From Mobula hypostoma (Eukaryota), in contig NC_086118.1 in NCBI RefSeq assembly GCF_963921235.1, positions 28,024,001-28,088,000 of the forward strand: a stretch of DNA of 64,000 bases, written 5' to 3'. Shown here piece by piece: positions 34,570-47,724 of this stretch (positions are counted from its first letter, which is position 1; each line of letters starts with the position of its first letter). The notes below the pieces were generated by a model, which saw nothing but the letters and a program-made list of their open reading frames with translations, had not been told where the DNA came from and did not search any database. Made by a program: the position numbers and the translations under genes.

Positions 34570-37500
34570 AATGTCAAAGATCATGAAGCTCCCTTGTGTG
34601 ATTCATTGTAATGGGGTTTTGAATCATACATCAAAATCATATTTATAGTGGGCAGAAATAGTGAACCCAACAATTATAACTCCCCTCAGTTCTGCGTTGT
34701 CACAAATTACCAAAATATGCACATTCAATGAGTGTATGTTTGTAGTCTTTACCTGCTGTAGCTCATCCACTTTAAGGTTTGCCATGTTGTACATTCAGAG
34801 ATGCTCTTCTGCACCCTACTGTTGTAACATAAGATTATTTGAGTTCCTGATGCCTTCCTGTCAGGATGAACCAACCTGTACTTCGGGACTTTCTGGACTT
34901 TCTCCTCTAACCGCTCTCATTGATAAGGGTTTTTCACCTACAAAACTGTCACTCAGTGGATGTGCTTTGTTTTTTGCACCGTCCTCTGTGAACTCTAGAG
35001 ACTGCTGTGCATGAAAATGCCAGCTCAGCAGTTTCAGAGATACTCCAACCACTACACCTGACACCAACAATCATTCCACAGTCAGGCATACAGCAGGTGT
35101 AGAGTTTCGAATGAAATGGCAACTGAGTGTAGATCAGCATGATCTACTGCATATAATTATATTTTCCATTCCTTATAACATGTGGAATAATTTTAATAGC
35201 ATTTTTCTTCTTATTTTGTAATCATATTTAAAATGTTTGCATTATTTCTGCTCCACCTGTGTTCCAGGGAACACTCTTCAGTTTAACGGTAAAATAGAAA
35301 CTACTGCAGTGAGCTGAACTAAGACCATTTCACCATGGCTGATCCATTTCCTTCTCAGCACTATTCTCCTGGCTTCTCCCCATAAGCTTTCACGCCCTGA
35401 CTAATGAAGAGCTTATCAACTTATGCCTTAAATACACCCAGTGATCTGGCTTCCACAGCCACCTATGGCAACAAATTGCCCAGATTCAACAACCATTCTA
35501 AATGGACATCCCACTATTCTGAGGCTGGGTCTCTGGTCATAGACTCACCACAATAGGAAGTATATACTCTACAGCCTCTCTATCTAGGCTTGTCAACATT
35601 CGATAGGTTTCAATGAGATCACCCCTGATTCTTCTAAATTCCAGTGAGTACAGGCAAGCAAACACTCCTCATAGGATAACCCTATCATTCCTGGAAACAT
35701 TCTCATGAACATCCTCTGAACCCTCCCCAATGTCAACACATTGATTCTCATATAAGGAGCCCAAAACTGCTCACAATTTTCCAAGTGAGGCCTCACCAGT
35801 GCCTTATAAAGACTCAGCATTACATCCTTGTTTTTATATTCTAGTCCCCTGGAAATGAATGCTAACATTACACTTGCCTTCCTCACCACAAACTTAACCT
35901 GCAAATTATTCTTTAGGGAATCCTGCATGAGGTCTCCCAAGTCCCTTTGCTCCTTGGATTTTTGAATTTTTCGCCTGTTTAGAAAATAGTCGGTGCTTTT
36001 ATTCCTTTTATCAAAAAGCATGACCATGCACTTCCTGACACTGTATTCTGATTACAATATCTTTGCCCTTTCTCCAGATCTGTCTAAGTCCTACTGCAGA
36101 CTCCCTGCTTCCTGAACACTACCTACCCCTCCACCTATCTTGCTATCATGTGCAAACTTGGCCAGTTTTGTGCTTTCTACCGAGCTCCCTAAATCCTTTC
36201 TTAAGGACTTCCTCTCTTTCCCTTCCTATGTTATTGGTGCCAATAGATACCAAGACTTCTGCCTGCTCACCTACCCTCTTTAGAATGTTGTGTATCTGAT
36301 CATTCCAGGTGTCCCTATCATCTCTATACTCCCGACTTGTGAGGACCTTTTTGAAAGCAGTGTTCTATGATTTAGTTCTCTTTAAATTATAATTACATTG
36401 AAACCCTCCAAAGCTGAAATTCTCTTCAAGTTGAATCGCTATTAATATGGTTCATGTTTCCTGTGCCTCAAAGAATCATATGCAATAAGTGTGGGCAAGT
36501 TGCAGCTGAGCATGAGCATATCTGGCTTGTCTTAAAGTTCCTATTCAGTGTAACCTATGTATCCTAAGACTAGCACACAGTTCACTTGGCCCAGCGCAGT
36601 TATCTCATAAATTGATATTCTACATAGTCAATTACAAAATTAAATATTAAGTTTACATTTTTGTGCTACAGAATGTAAATTCTACATTTTGAGAAAAGTT
36701 AATTATTCATTTTCCATTGCAGAATTGGATTGTCTAAAAGTTGAAGCAATTTCTGAGCAACCATTGGATGACAATAGAACACGTGTTGGTGTTCTTCTCT
36801 GCTTGGGGTTCTTAATGCTGCTGTGCACAGCAGCTTTTTACTGCAGAAAGCAATTTTCTAAAGGTAGAGTATTAATTCTGGTCAGTGAAAGGGAAGGATA
36901 TAAAACATCGAACACTACAGCACAGTACCATGATATTGTGTTCACCTTTCAGCACAGTCCCATGATATTGTGTTCACTTTTCAGCCTACCCCAAGATCAA
37001 TCTAACTCTTCCCTCCCACAGAGCCCTCTAATTTTCTTTCATGCAATGGACATCTAAGAGTCCCTTTCATTTTTCTAACGTATCTGCCTCTACCACTATC
37101 ACTGGCAGTGTGTTTGTTCCATACATTTACCACTTCGTGTGTAAATAAAACCTACCACCAACAGACAACCCTCTACAATTTCCTACAATCATTAAAATGT
37201 ATGCTGTCTCATATTAGCCATTGATGCCCTGGGAAAAAGGTGCGGGCTGTCTACTTGATCTACACCACTTTTCACCTTATACACCTCTATCAAGTTCAAA
37301 GTTCAAAGTAAATGTATTATCAAAGTACATATATGTCTCATGTACAACCTTGAGATCAATTTCTTCCGGGCATACAGAGTAAATCCAAGAAACACAATAG
37401 AATCATTGAAACATCATATCCAACAAGGTGGACAAACAACCAATATGCAAAAGACAAAAACTGTGCAAACAGAAATGAAATATATAAATACATAAATAAA

Positions 37501-38560
37501 GTTGAGAACAAGAGATGAAGAGTCTTTGAAAGTGACTCCATAGAATGTGGAACAGTTCAGTGATGGTGCAAGTGAAGCTGTAAGGAAATAGAGGTACTGC
37601 TGTGCTTTCGTTGTAATTGTATTTACCTGCTGGGTCAAGGACAGGACATCTGAAATGATAACACTGAGGAATTTAAAGTTGCTGACACTCATTCTCATGA
37701 ATAAAGTCATCTCTCTTTCTTCTTTGCTCCAAAGTGAAAAGTCTTAGCTTGCTCCACTTTTTCTTATAAGGTCTGCACTCTAGAATAGTCAACATCCTGG
37801 TAAGTCTACTCTGCACCCTCTCTAAAGCTTCCAATCCCCCAAATAATGAAGGCCAACACACTGTACACCTTAACCACCCTATCAACTTGCATGATAACTC
37901 TAAAGGATCTATGTATGTGCACCACAAGATCCCTCTGTTCCTCAACACTGTTAAAAATGCTGCCATTAGCGCTGTACCTTACCTTCAAGTTTGACCTTCC
38001 CAAGTGAATCACTTGACACTTTTCTGAACTGAATTCCATCTGCCACTTCTCAGTCCATCAGTCCAGCCCTATATTCTGTCAATGTCCCATTGTAATCTAC
38101 GACAACCTTCTACACTAACCACAGCACCACCAATCTTTGTGTAATCTGAAAACTTACTAACCCACCCTTCCATTTCCTCATCCAAGTCATCTATAAAAAT
38201 TACAAAGAATAGGGGTCCCATAACAGGTCCCTGGGAATTCCACTCGTCATCAATCTCCAGGCAGAAGACATTCCATCTACAACCACCATCTGACTTTTAT
38301 AGGGAAGCTAATTCAGAATCCATACAGGCAGGTTTTCCTAGATCACTTCTCTGCTTGCTTTTCTAAGTGAGCTTACCATGGGGAATCTTTTTTGGTGCCT
38401 TACTAAATCTATAAGTGCCAAATCTATCACTCCATCTTCACCAATTTGTTTTGTCACTTCCTCAGAAAAGTCACTCAGGCTCAAGAAGCACGACCTCCCC
38501 CTCACAAAGCCACACTGATTGTTCCAAGTCAGACTATGCTACTTCAAAGACTCCAAAACT
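34570..38560 (-). mobile_element. Intronic Rex1 (34570-35140, 37295-37690) and CR1 (35330-36300, 37700-38560) fragments
   Basis: CR1: LYKALVRPHLENCEQFWAPY, MEFSSEKCQVIHLGRSN; Rex1: VSNFKFLSVIISDVLSLTQQVNTITTKAQQYLYFL. The span encloses the TM exon, which is listed separately. Confidence 0.7.
36723..36863 (+). CDS. B7-like gene 1: stalk and transmembrane exon
   Basis: ELDCLKVEAISEQPLDDNRTR-VGVLLCLGFLMLLCTAAFYC-RKQFSK; acceptor ttttccattgcAG; phase 1-1. Confidence 0.87.
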
Positions 38561-39316
38561 GGTGTTACATAGCAGTTTTTGAAGGTTCTGTTCTCCATTC
38601 CATTCAATAAAGACCCATTCACACTTTTACCAATCCATCTTTCTCTACTCCAACTTTAGCTAGGGTAAGACTGCAGCACCCACCACACTTAACTGAGTGA
38701 CCATTTTTCATAAAAGAGTCTAAAGAGCATCAATCATAAGCAATATAAAGTAAAAGTGGCCATTGCTGACCTCAGTCTTTTTCTCGCTCAATACCATCAC
38801 ATATTCACTACAGAAAATAAGCAATTTAACAGCAAAACATCTCAACATGGACAGAATTATAATGAAATCTGACACTGATCTTAAGAAGGAGATAATATCC
38901 CATGCAAAGAAATAACTGGTCCAAAGTGGTGGATATTGAGAGGTACTTGAAGGAGAGAAGGAGAGAGGATTAAGAGGTGGAAAATTAAAATCTGCAATAA
39001 ATGTTTACTGGAAGCCAAGTGTGGAGGAAGCAAAAAGTTTCCAGCAAGTTGCAGGGTCTTAAAATGAGAGAAACACAGGTTCAGGAAACTACTTAAATGC
39101 ATGGATAACAAATGTAAGGCATTGCTTAAAAATGAACTATTCAGATCAGCAAGGTGTAATGACTGAATGGATTTGGTCCATTTAACATGAAAACTTTAAA
39201 ACGTAGAACATAGGGGACAAATATGCCATTTGGCCTTGAGTCACCATTTAACGTGATCATGGATGATCATTCACTTCAGTATTCCTGCCTTCCCTTTTCT
39301 CTTGATCCTTCTAAGC

Positions 39317-39396
39317 CAGGGGTTCCCAACCTGGAGTCCACAACCTCCTTGGTTAATGGTAGGTGTCCCTGGCATAAAAAGAGTTGGGAACCCCTG
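39317..39396. mobile_element. 80-bp hAT-type MITE
   Basis: 14-bp TIRs CAGGGGTTCCCAAC / GTTGGGAACCCCTG. Confidence 0.75.
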
Positions 39397-40239
39397 CTCG
39401 AAACATCTAGCTACCCTCTTGAATATATTTAATGTTTTGGCCTCTACTCCCTACTGTGTGTATAATTTTTCCGATCTCGGTATGGTATACACCATACCTT
39501 GAGCCATGACCCCTTCTTCTGCACTCCTCAGCCTCTATTTAGTCCTCTTAGATTTTTTGTGTGTGTGGCTTTTAGGAAATCCACCTTCATTCTTCTAAAT
39601 TAATGTCGATATTTGTCTAACTGACCCAATCTCTCTGCATAGAATAGTCATTCCATCTCAGGGATCTCTCTGTTAAACACTTGTTCACTCCACCCATGAC
39701 AAGCAGATTCTTTCTCACATAAGGAGACCAAAAGTCCAGTTGGGCTTTCACCAAGATGACAACATTGCTTTTGCAATGAAAATCATCTAATATGAATACT
39801 TGCTTGCTTCAACTATCAACGTACAAAAGCACCCACTTGAAACACATTTCCTTTTCCCAATTTGTCATTGCTTAGATAATAATCTGCCTTTCAGTTTTCA
39901 GAAACAAAACAGATACCTTCACATTGATTCACATCAAAATGCATTAGCCATGCATTTGCCCACTGAGCACATTTTGAAGTTAAAAAATGAAGAGAAGTTC
40001 TGCAGCAAACTAAGTCTGAAATGGTTCATGGTTAAGTATTAAATCACCTGAGGCTGTTTCAAGAAACATCTTTTCAGATTCAATGTAATGCTATTTTTAC
40101 TTGAAATATTAATGTTGTCATTTTCTCAAAAGCATACACCAGGAAACAATCTGCATCAGCGCTGGTATATTTTGTGGGTATGTAACTTTTAAGAATATCT
40201 TTACAATTTCTAAAAGGAAGGGTTATCTTACCTTTAATT

Positions 40240-41830
40240 AGAACATAGAACAGTATAGTGTGGGATCAGGCACTTTGACCTACAATGGCCATAATGAAAA
40301 CAAAGAATTTCCATCTGCCTGTACATGGTCTATAACCCTCCAGTTCCTGTCTGTTTATGTGACTGTATAAATGCCTCTTGAACATTGCCATTCTGTTTTT
40401 TCCAAGTTCCTGCCACACACTGTGTAAAAAAAAAGCCTTGTAAATCTCCTTTAAATTTTTCCGTCTCACCTTAAAGCTATGCCGTTTCGTATTTGATATT
40501 TCCACCTGGAGCAAGATTCTATCAACTATGTCTGTGCCTCTCATAATGTACGATGCTCCTATCTGGTCACTCCTCAGCCTCCTGTGCTCAGGCAAAACAA
40601 TCCAAGTTTGTCCAACGTCTCCTTACAGTGAATACTCTTTAATTCAGGAAATATACTAGCAGACCTTCTTCAAAGCCCTCACGTCCTTTCTATAATACAG
40701 CAACATGAACTGCTAACTGTACTCCAAATGTGGCCTTACCAAAGTTTAATACAACTGCAATATGACTTCCCAATGTTTATACTCAACACCCCAAAAGCTG
40801 AAAGCATGTATGCCAAATCCCTTCCTTACCACCTTGACTTGTGTTGCAGCTTTCAATGAGCTATTGACTTCTTCCTCAGTATCCCTAAGTACAATAATGC
40901 TCCTCACTTCCTGCTATTTACGGAACAAATTCCTTGTGCATTTGACCTCCCAAGGTACAACACCTCACATGTATTCAGATTAAACTCCATCTGCAATTTC
41001 TCTGCTCGTATTTCCAATTGGTGTATATCCTACTGATTCCTTCCGCACTATTCACAACTCCCCCAGTTTTTGCATTGTTTACAAACTCAGCCACTTACTT
41101 CCATCCAAATCATTTATATAAATCACAAGCAACAGAGGTCCCAGCTTTGACCCTTGTGGAACGTCACTGGCCACAGACCTCCAGCCAGATTAACACCCCT
41201 GCGTAATTATACTCTGTCTTTTATGGCCAAGCCAATTTTGCATCCAACCTATCAAGTCTCCATGGATCTGTTGGGCCTTAGTAGTCTCGATTAACCTACC
41301 ACAAGTAACCTTATCCACAGCTTTAATACAGCATTTACTGCCTTGCCATTATCAATCACCTCAAAAGGCACAATCAAGTTTGTGATATATGTCCTCCTCC
41401 AAAGGAAGGAATGATGGAGTAGACTCGATGTGCCAGTTGGCCTAATTCTGCTTCTGTGCCTTATGGTCTTTGCTTTTCCAGATACGAGTAGATCCTGTCC
41501 ATAACAATTCTCTCCAATAATTTTGTGTAAGGCTCACAGGCCTGTAATTTGCTGGTTTGTCTCAAAAATAGAGGAACAGCATTGACTATTCTCCATTCCC
41601 CTGGGACCTGTCAATATACAAAGATATCTGTCAAGGCCCCAGCGATCTCCTGCCTTGCCTCTCTCGGTAACCTGGGATAGATCACATTAAGCTCTGGGGA
41701 TTTACTCAGCATAATACTCTTCAGCAGCCCCAAGTTCTCCTGCTGTTTAGTATCAACATGATCTAGAATATCAGCATAACACACTCAGATCTCACGATCC
41801 TTCGTGTACTTATCTTTGAATGCAAAATAT
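40240..41830 (-). mobile_element. CR1 fragments, decayed
   Basis: EHRRLRSDQIGASYIMRGTDIVDR…RHSFKVR; CR1 tail near 40240. Confidence 0.65.
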
Positions 41831-41894
41831 TTGTTTCCTCTGAGGTTCCTTGAATTCCATCCTTCAACTGACGAGTTATTTTTTTCTCCAACAG

Positions 41895-41911
41895 ATGGTG
41901 AAGAAAATTGA
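41895..41911 (+). CDS. B7-like gene 1: probable terminal coding exon (DGEEN*)
   Basis: Strong acceptor gttatttttttctccaacAG; phase 1; followed by AT-rich sequence with several AATAAA (~42093-42303). Confidence 0.5.
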
Positions 41912-42416
41912 ATATGTATATCAAGTTAATTCTCAAAAAAAGAACCAGTTTCTGTCATCAATCTACTCCTGTCAATCAACATAATTATTCATGTTAATTA
42001 GCAAAATCACTCCTGTCAATATATTTTCACTAGATTCCTGTGTTGATAACTCATAGTTTAATCAGCTAATCATGTTGTTCTTTCTGCATCCAAATAAATG
42101 GACTGAAATCTGAACTGAGAGATATCAAAAGAAAAAATTAAGAGAATTTTCCGAGAAGCAGGCAGGATGAAGCCTGACTTTCTGAAGGTTATGATCAAGG
42201 CACAGAACAGCTGAACTCAATAAGAAAAATAAATCCTTTCTGTTTGATTACTTAACTTCGTGGAAATGTAATAAATCTTTAGTAATCGACTTTTAAAATA
42301 AATATACTCCAGATTTTAGACAGTATTCAGAATGATTTTATTGTAATGGCAAGTTAATCAATTTTTCAGTCAGAAAATTAATGTGAAAGTTATTTCCTAA
42401 TTCCAAAACCATGTTC

Positions 42417-43887
42417 CAGACATCCCACCCTGCAAAAACTCATTACAGGGAGGAAGCATCCCTGCCCCCCGCAACCCCATATCCCCCCACCCCCCCCACC
42501 GGTCGACCTCCAAGGGTGTATGTAATACTTTGTTTAGTGCTTTTGTCTAATCTGTAAACCAAGTTGGATATATGCAGAAAATGTGACATTAAAATATGTA
42601 TTTATATTATATTATCATGTTTATTCTATTACAACTTTAAGCAAGTCTACAGGGAGTTTGGCCTCATTAATAGCGTAGCTCCTTAGCAGCCAGCCAGCTA
42701 GTTTAAGTAACGTTAGCTATGCTAATGAACGAATGACAGCTGTTAAACTCACCTCAACACGTCTTTTACATTTTAACCCACCAAGGGCAATAGAAAAGTC
42801 ACTGTTGCAAATAGTGCAGTGAGCAACACTGTCATTATTTTTGAGGTCGACTGTAAAGCCCACCCACAGAGAAAACTGATAGGTCTACTTCGCAGGGGTC
42901 CCCAACCTTTTTTGCACCCCGGACCGGTTTAATGTTGACAATATTCTTGCAGACCGGCCGACTGTGGGGGGGGGGGGTGGGGGCAGTGTTAATCACGGCC
43001 AGAACATAAGTGATAAGTCAACTATAAGTCACTTATAAGTGGCTAATACACTCAATTTCGTTTCTAAAAGGGTTTATCTAACAAATTTAATATTAAACAC
43101 ACAGCGCACATTTTCCTCGCATGAATATGATGATAAGTCAATTATAAGTCAATAGCATCATAACATGTTAAGTAACGTTTGGATATTAAACACACAGCAC
43201 ATATTTTCCTCGTATGAACATATAAAATCATTGCAATACACAAATATTGCTGAATCAGTGGGAGCCCTGGGCTTGTTTTCCTGCAACAAGACGGTCCTAT
43301 TGAGGGGTGATGGGAGACAGCGATACTTGAAGGGGGTTCCTTATGTCCAGTCTATTCTGCAATTTAGTTTTCGTTGCATTCATTGCAGAAAAGCCTGCTT
43401 CACAGAGATATGTCGGAAATGGAAGCAATGTTTTCAGTGCTTCCATGGCTATTTCAGGATATTCAGCCTTGACTTTGATCCAGAATGCCGGCAGAGATGG
43501 TATGTCAAACATACTTTTCAGTCCGCTGTCATTTGCAAGCTCGAGGAGTTGATCTTCTTCCCGCACTGATATGGATGACGCATGCGTAATAACCTCGCGT
43601 GCGTTCAGTTCAACAGTGGGCGTGACAGGGAATGAGGAAAGGTGCAGCTGACTCATATCGTTTCATATCATCAAATCACATTGTTTCCTCATGGCCCGGT
43701 GGTTGGGGACCACTCTTAGCACGAAGAGAGACCAATCAGGATGCTCGCTCTCCCTCTCTCCCTCCCTCTCCCACTCTTTCTCAAAAAAAATCAATTTCCA
43801 GGATATTGTATATAATTTCCGGGTGTCAGGGAGCCACTATCAATATGCGGGAGACTCCTGGAACTTCCGGGAGAGGTGGGATGTCTG
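42417..43887. mobile_element. Non-autonomous TIR DNA transposon (hAT-like) hosting a nested Charlie element
   Basis: 13-bp TIRs CAGACATCCCACC (42417-42429) / GGTGGGATGTCTG (43875-43887). Confidence 0.7.
42893..43715 (-). mobile_element. hAT-Charlie/Buster deletion derivative with transposase C-terminus
   Basis: TIRs CAGGGGTCCCCAACC / GGTTGGGGACCACTC; ORF 43297-43656 FWIKVKAEYPEIAMEALKTLLPFPTYLCEAGFS (hAT dimerisation domain). Confidence 0.85.
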
Positions 43888-44125
43888 ACGTTCAGACCCA
43901 TCCTACAATCCATGTAAGCTTAGACTCTTAGATGTGGAAGCCCAGAGCACAATACCAAGAATTGCTTCATTCAATGCTTACAATGTGTTAGGACTGTTAG
44001 GGTTGATGAATAAGGCAACGGTTCAGGTATACAGTATAGAAAGTGGGCAAGTAGATGCACAGACTATACGGGCAATAGTCTTCTACCATAATATGTGTCA
44101 TGTAAGGTTAATGATGTGTACACTG

Positions 44126-45006
44126 TGTTACGTACCCCGTAACTGGGTTGCCAAACCAGCAGAAATGGATCACTCAGTTGGAGTCTGGATTACTAGAACT
44201 AAGAAAGTTTTATTAAAGAAACAAGCAACACAGTAATCGAAAGGATAATAAATGCAACAGTTCAGTGATGATAAACACACATGTGCACAGAATTAAGATA
44301 ACAGCATCAATCAAGCTCTATCGTTGTCTAGGAGTAAATGACCAATTTCAAAATGACTCAAAGTTCAGTCCAGTTAGTAGTTCAGTTCGCAGTAATCTTT
44401 GCCATGGCGATGGACAAGGTGGGGGAAGAGAGACAGAGAGAACAGGAACAACTCATCATTCAGCACAGCTTCACTCACAGACCAGCAAGATGGCTCACAG
44501 ACCAGCGAGATGGCTCACAAACAGCTTTTTGGGCGGGTCCTTGGTGATGTCACCTGAGGTCACCGACTGTGACCCCTCCTCCAGATGCGGTCGATCCTCT
44601 GCAGTGAACCCGGCACCCAGGCAAGGGCGGACACACACCGGGTTCCCGCTGATCGTACCTTTCCACCCTGGTCGTTGTCTGGTACTTCTCACCCACTCGT
44701 GAGAAGCGTACCGCTTCCAGGGTCTCGTTACCTCGGGTGGCGTGTGTGTCTGTCTTAGCGAACCTGTCCCTTTTTATCCCCCTGCTGGGGTATCACCTGT
44801 CCATCACTTCAAACAGTTCAGGGTTCAAAGGGGGAGCCCCTCCAGGCAGCTCTCCCTCCCACATCCCTTCATTACACATCTCCAGACGCTGCTCCATTGT
44901 TCCTTATCTCTCCTTCCCCTGAGGGCAGGTGGCAGACCAACTGCTGATGCCACTGATGCTAGCCCAGGCCAGCAAACATCTTAATTTTATGTGTATTCTC
45001 GTAACA
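44126..45006 (-). mobile_element. Solo LTR, 881 bp (Gypsy-like)
   Basis: TGTTACG…CGTAACA termini; 4-bp TSD ACTG at 44122-44125 and 45007-45010; minus-strand AATAAA (TTTATT ~44209). Confidence 0.88.
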
Positions 45007-45419
45007 ACTGGTATAGAATGGTGGGTAAGACAGCACCTGGAATTTTGTTTGAAGGTCTGGTTGGCACATGATAGAGAAGAATTAGAATTGGAATCAGTTT
45101 ACTGTTATCACGTGTACAGTGAAAAATTTGCCTTGCACAAAATTCATACAGATCAGTTGATTACAGAAGTGCATTGAGGTCTTACAATGTAAAACAGTAA
45201 CAGTGTGCATAATAAAGTGTTACAGAGAAAGTGCAGTGCTGTAGACTACAAGATGCAAAGTCATAATGAGGCCGACTGTGAGGTCAGGAGTTCATCTTAT
45301 CATACTGGGGAAACATGCAATTGTCTTATAACAGCAGGGCAGAAGTTGTCCTTGAGCCTGGTAGTAAGTGCTTTCAGGCTTTTTTATTTTTTGCCTGATG
45401 GAAGGGGGAGAAGAAAGAT

Positions 45420-47062
45420 TCTCCATAGTGGCCAGAGCCATCAATGCTATTCATTAACCCTTTCATTCCCAAGAACATTTTCACGAACCTCCCCTGAACC
45501 CTCTCCAGTACCAGTGTATTCTTTCTTAGAAAAGAGATGCAAAAATGTTCACAGTGCTCCAAATGCAGTCTGACCAATTCCTTAAAAAGTTTCAGCATTA
45601 TACCTTTGCTTTTATTCTCTTCCTCTGAAAATTTAATTTGCCTTCCTTACCACCAACTTGAACAACAAGTTAACCTTTTGGGAATCCTGCTCAAGGACTC
45701 CCAAGTCCCTTTGCACCTGAGCGTTCTGAAATTTTTCTGTTTAGAAAATAGTCTACAGCTTTATTCCTTCTACTAAAATGCAAGAAAATACCATTCCCTA
45801 CACTGTACTCCATTTGCCACTTCTTCACCCATTCTCCTAACCTGTACAAATTCTTCTGCAGACTCAGTACTTCCTCAACATATCCTTTCCCTCCACCTAC
45901 CTTTGTACCATCAATTGGCCACAAAGCCATCAATTCCATCATCTAAATCATTGCCATATATTGTGACAAAAAGCAGTCCCAAAACCAAATATTGCAGAAC
46001 ACCAGTAATCAATGGCAGCCAATCAGAAAAGGTCTCTTTTATCCCCCCTTTTTTCCTCCTGGCAGGGAGCCAATCTTCTTCACACTGTACTTCAATCAAT
46101 AAATAAACAAACAAACAAACAAAAAAAAACACATTAAGCTTTCCCACTTAAATGTCAGTCACCTGGTCAGGCTAGCTTCCCAATATATGGTCCCTCCTGT
46201 AGTTAAACTACGTTTCAAGAAATCGTCACGGATGCAGCTTACTATGTTTAAGCCTTTTTACACTGAGGAAGTCCAAGTCAATATTGAGGAAGTTAAGATC
46301 ACCCTCTACAACAACCCTGTTGTTTTTAGGTATTTCCATAATTTGCCTACATACCTGTTCCTCTACCTTCTGCTGGCTATTAAGCAAATTATTTCTCACT
46401 AGTCTCCAATGCATATCACTTCCCCTTTACCAATCATTTTCTCTTACTATGTTTACATTAAACCTGCAGGTTTAACATCTCTGCTAAATCCCCTTGTTTT
46501 ATAACCTTATATTCTCTTTCAAATTCATTTTGTATCCCAATACTACCTTTTCTAGCTCTCTCAGTCAACTGTATTTCCGCTTTACCGTGTATTTGACTTC
46601 TTATGTAGCCTTCTCTTACTTTATTTGTTGACATTTATCATTGATAAGGGCAAGCCACTGTTTTGCTTGGAGTGAGAGAGGATGAGAAGTGACCTGATAG
46701 AGGTGTATAAGATGATGAGAGGCATTGATCATATGGATAGTCAGAGGCTTTTTCCCCAGGGCTGAAATGGCTAGCATGAGAGGGCACAGTTTTAAGGTGC
46801 TTGGAAGTGGGTACAGAGGCGATGTCAGGGCTAAGTTTTTTACACAGAGAGTGGTGAGTGCGTGGAATGGGCAGCCAGTGATGGTGGTGGAGGTGGATAT
46901 GATAGGTTCTTTTAAGAGACTCCTGGATAGGTACATGGAGCTTAGAAAAATAGAGGGCTATGGGTAACCCTAGGTAATTTCTAAAGTAAGTACATGTTCG
47001 GCACAGCCTTGTGGGCCGAAGGGCCTGTATTGTGCTGTAGGTTTTCCATGTTTTTCTATGTT
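45420..47062. mobile_element. CR1 fragments (45420-46620 -, 3' end 46660-47062 +)
   Basis: LQKNLYRLGEWVKKWQMEYSVG; RGHSFKVLGSGYRGDVRAKFFTQRVVSAWNG; tail 'ggccgaagggcctgtattgtgctgtag'. Confidence 0.8.
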
Positions 47063-47094
47063 AACCATGTGAGTATCCAATGTTATATTGGTGG

Positions 47095-47325
47095 AGCAAC
47101 ACACATCAAAGTTGCTGGTGAACGCAGCAGGCCAAGCAGCATCTATAGGAAGAGGCGCAGTCGACGTTTCAGGCCGAGACCCTTCGTCAGGACAGTCCTG
47201 ATGAAGGGTCTCGGCCTGAAACGTCGACTGCGCCTCTTCCTATAGATGCTGCTTGGCCTGCTGCGTTCACCAGCAACTTTGATGTGTGTTGCTTGAATTT
47301 CCAGCATCTGCAGAATTCCTGTTGT
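47095..47325. mobile_element. 231-bp palindromic Penelope-derived mini element with back-to-back hammerhead ribozymes
   Basis: 99-bp arms 47095-47193 / 47195-47293 (one mismatch seen) around a 1-nt centre; hammerheads at 47194-47229 (+) and 47159-47193 (-); 12-bp TSD TTATATTGGTGG at 47083-47094 and 47326-47337. Confidence 0.92.
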
Positions 47326-47724
47326 TTATATTGGTGGATTTAGGGAGGGATAGGCTTCTATGGAAGTCTGGGCACAGAAACATTCATTCAATAGGTCTCA
47401 ATAGGTACATTTAATGTCAGAGATATGTATACAATATACATCCTGAAATTCTTTTTTATGCCAACATCCACAAAAACAGAGGAGTGCCCCGAAGAATGAA
47501 TGAATGAAGACAAAATGCATTTTGTGTCTGCACTTCTCTTGACCTGTCCCCATCGTCCATCCCATACATTGTTGAGGAGTAGCAAGTGAGAATGCAGGGG
47601 TACATACATGGTGCAGTTGACTTTGTCTTGATGAAGGTGTTTGAATTTTCAAAGCTAGACATCAATTGGGATGTGTACACATAGAACTATACCGAACTAT
47701 CTGTTCACACCCAATATAGTGACA

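Noticed and set aside
39800-40042. Alternative gene 1 cytoplasmic exon (DNNLPFSF… or ETKQIPSH*)
   Set aside because: Phase-1 acceptors exist, but support is weaker than for 41895 and there is no clear donor or polyA; cannot be excluded without cDNA
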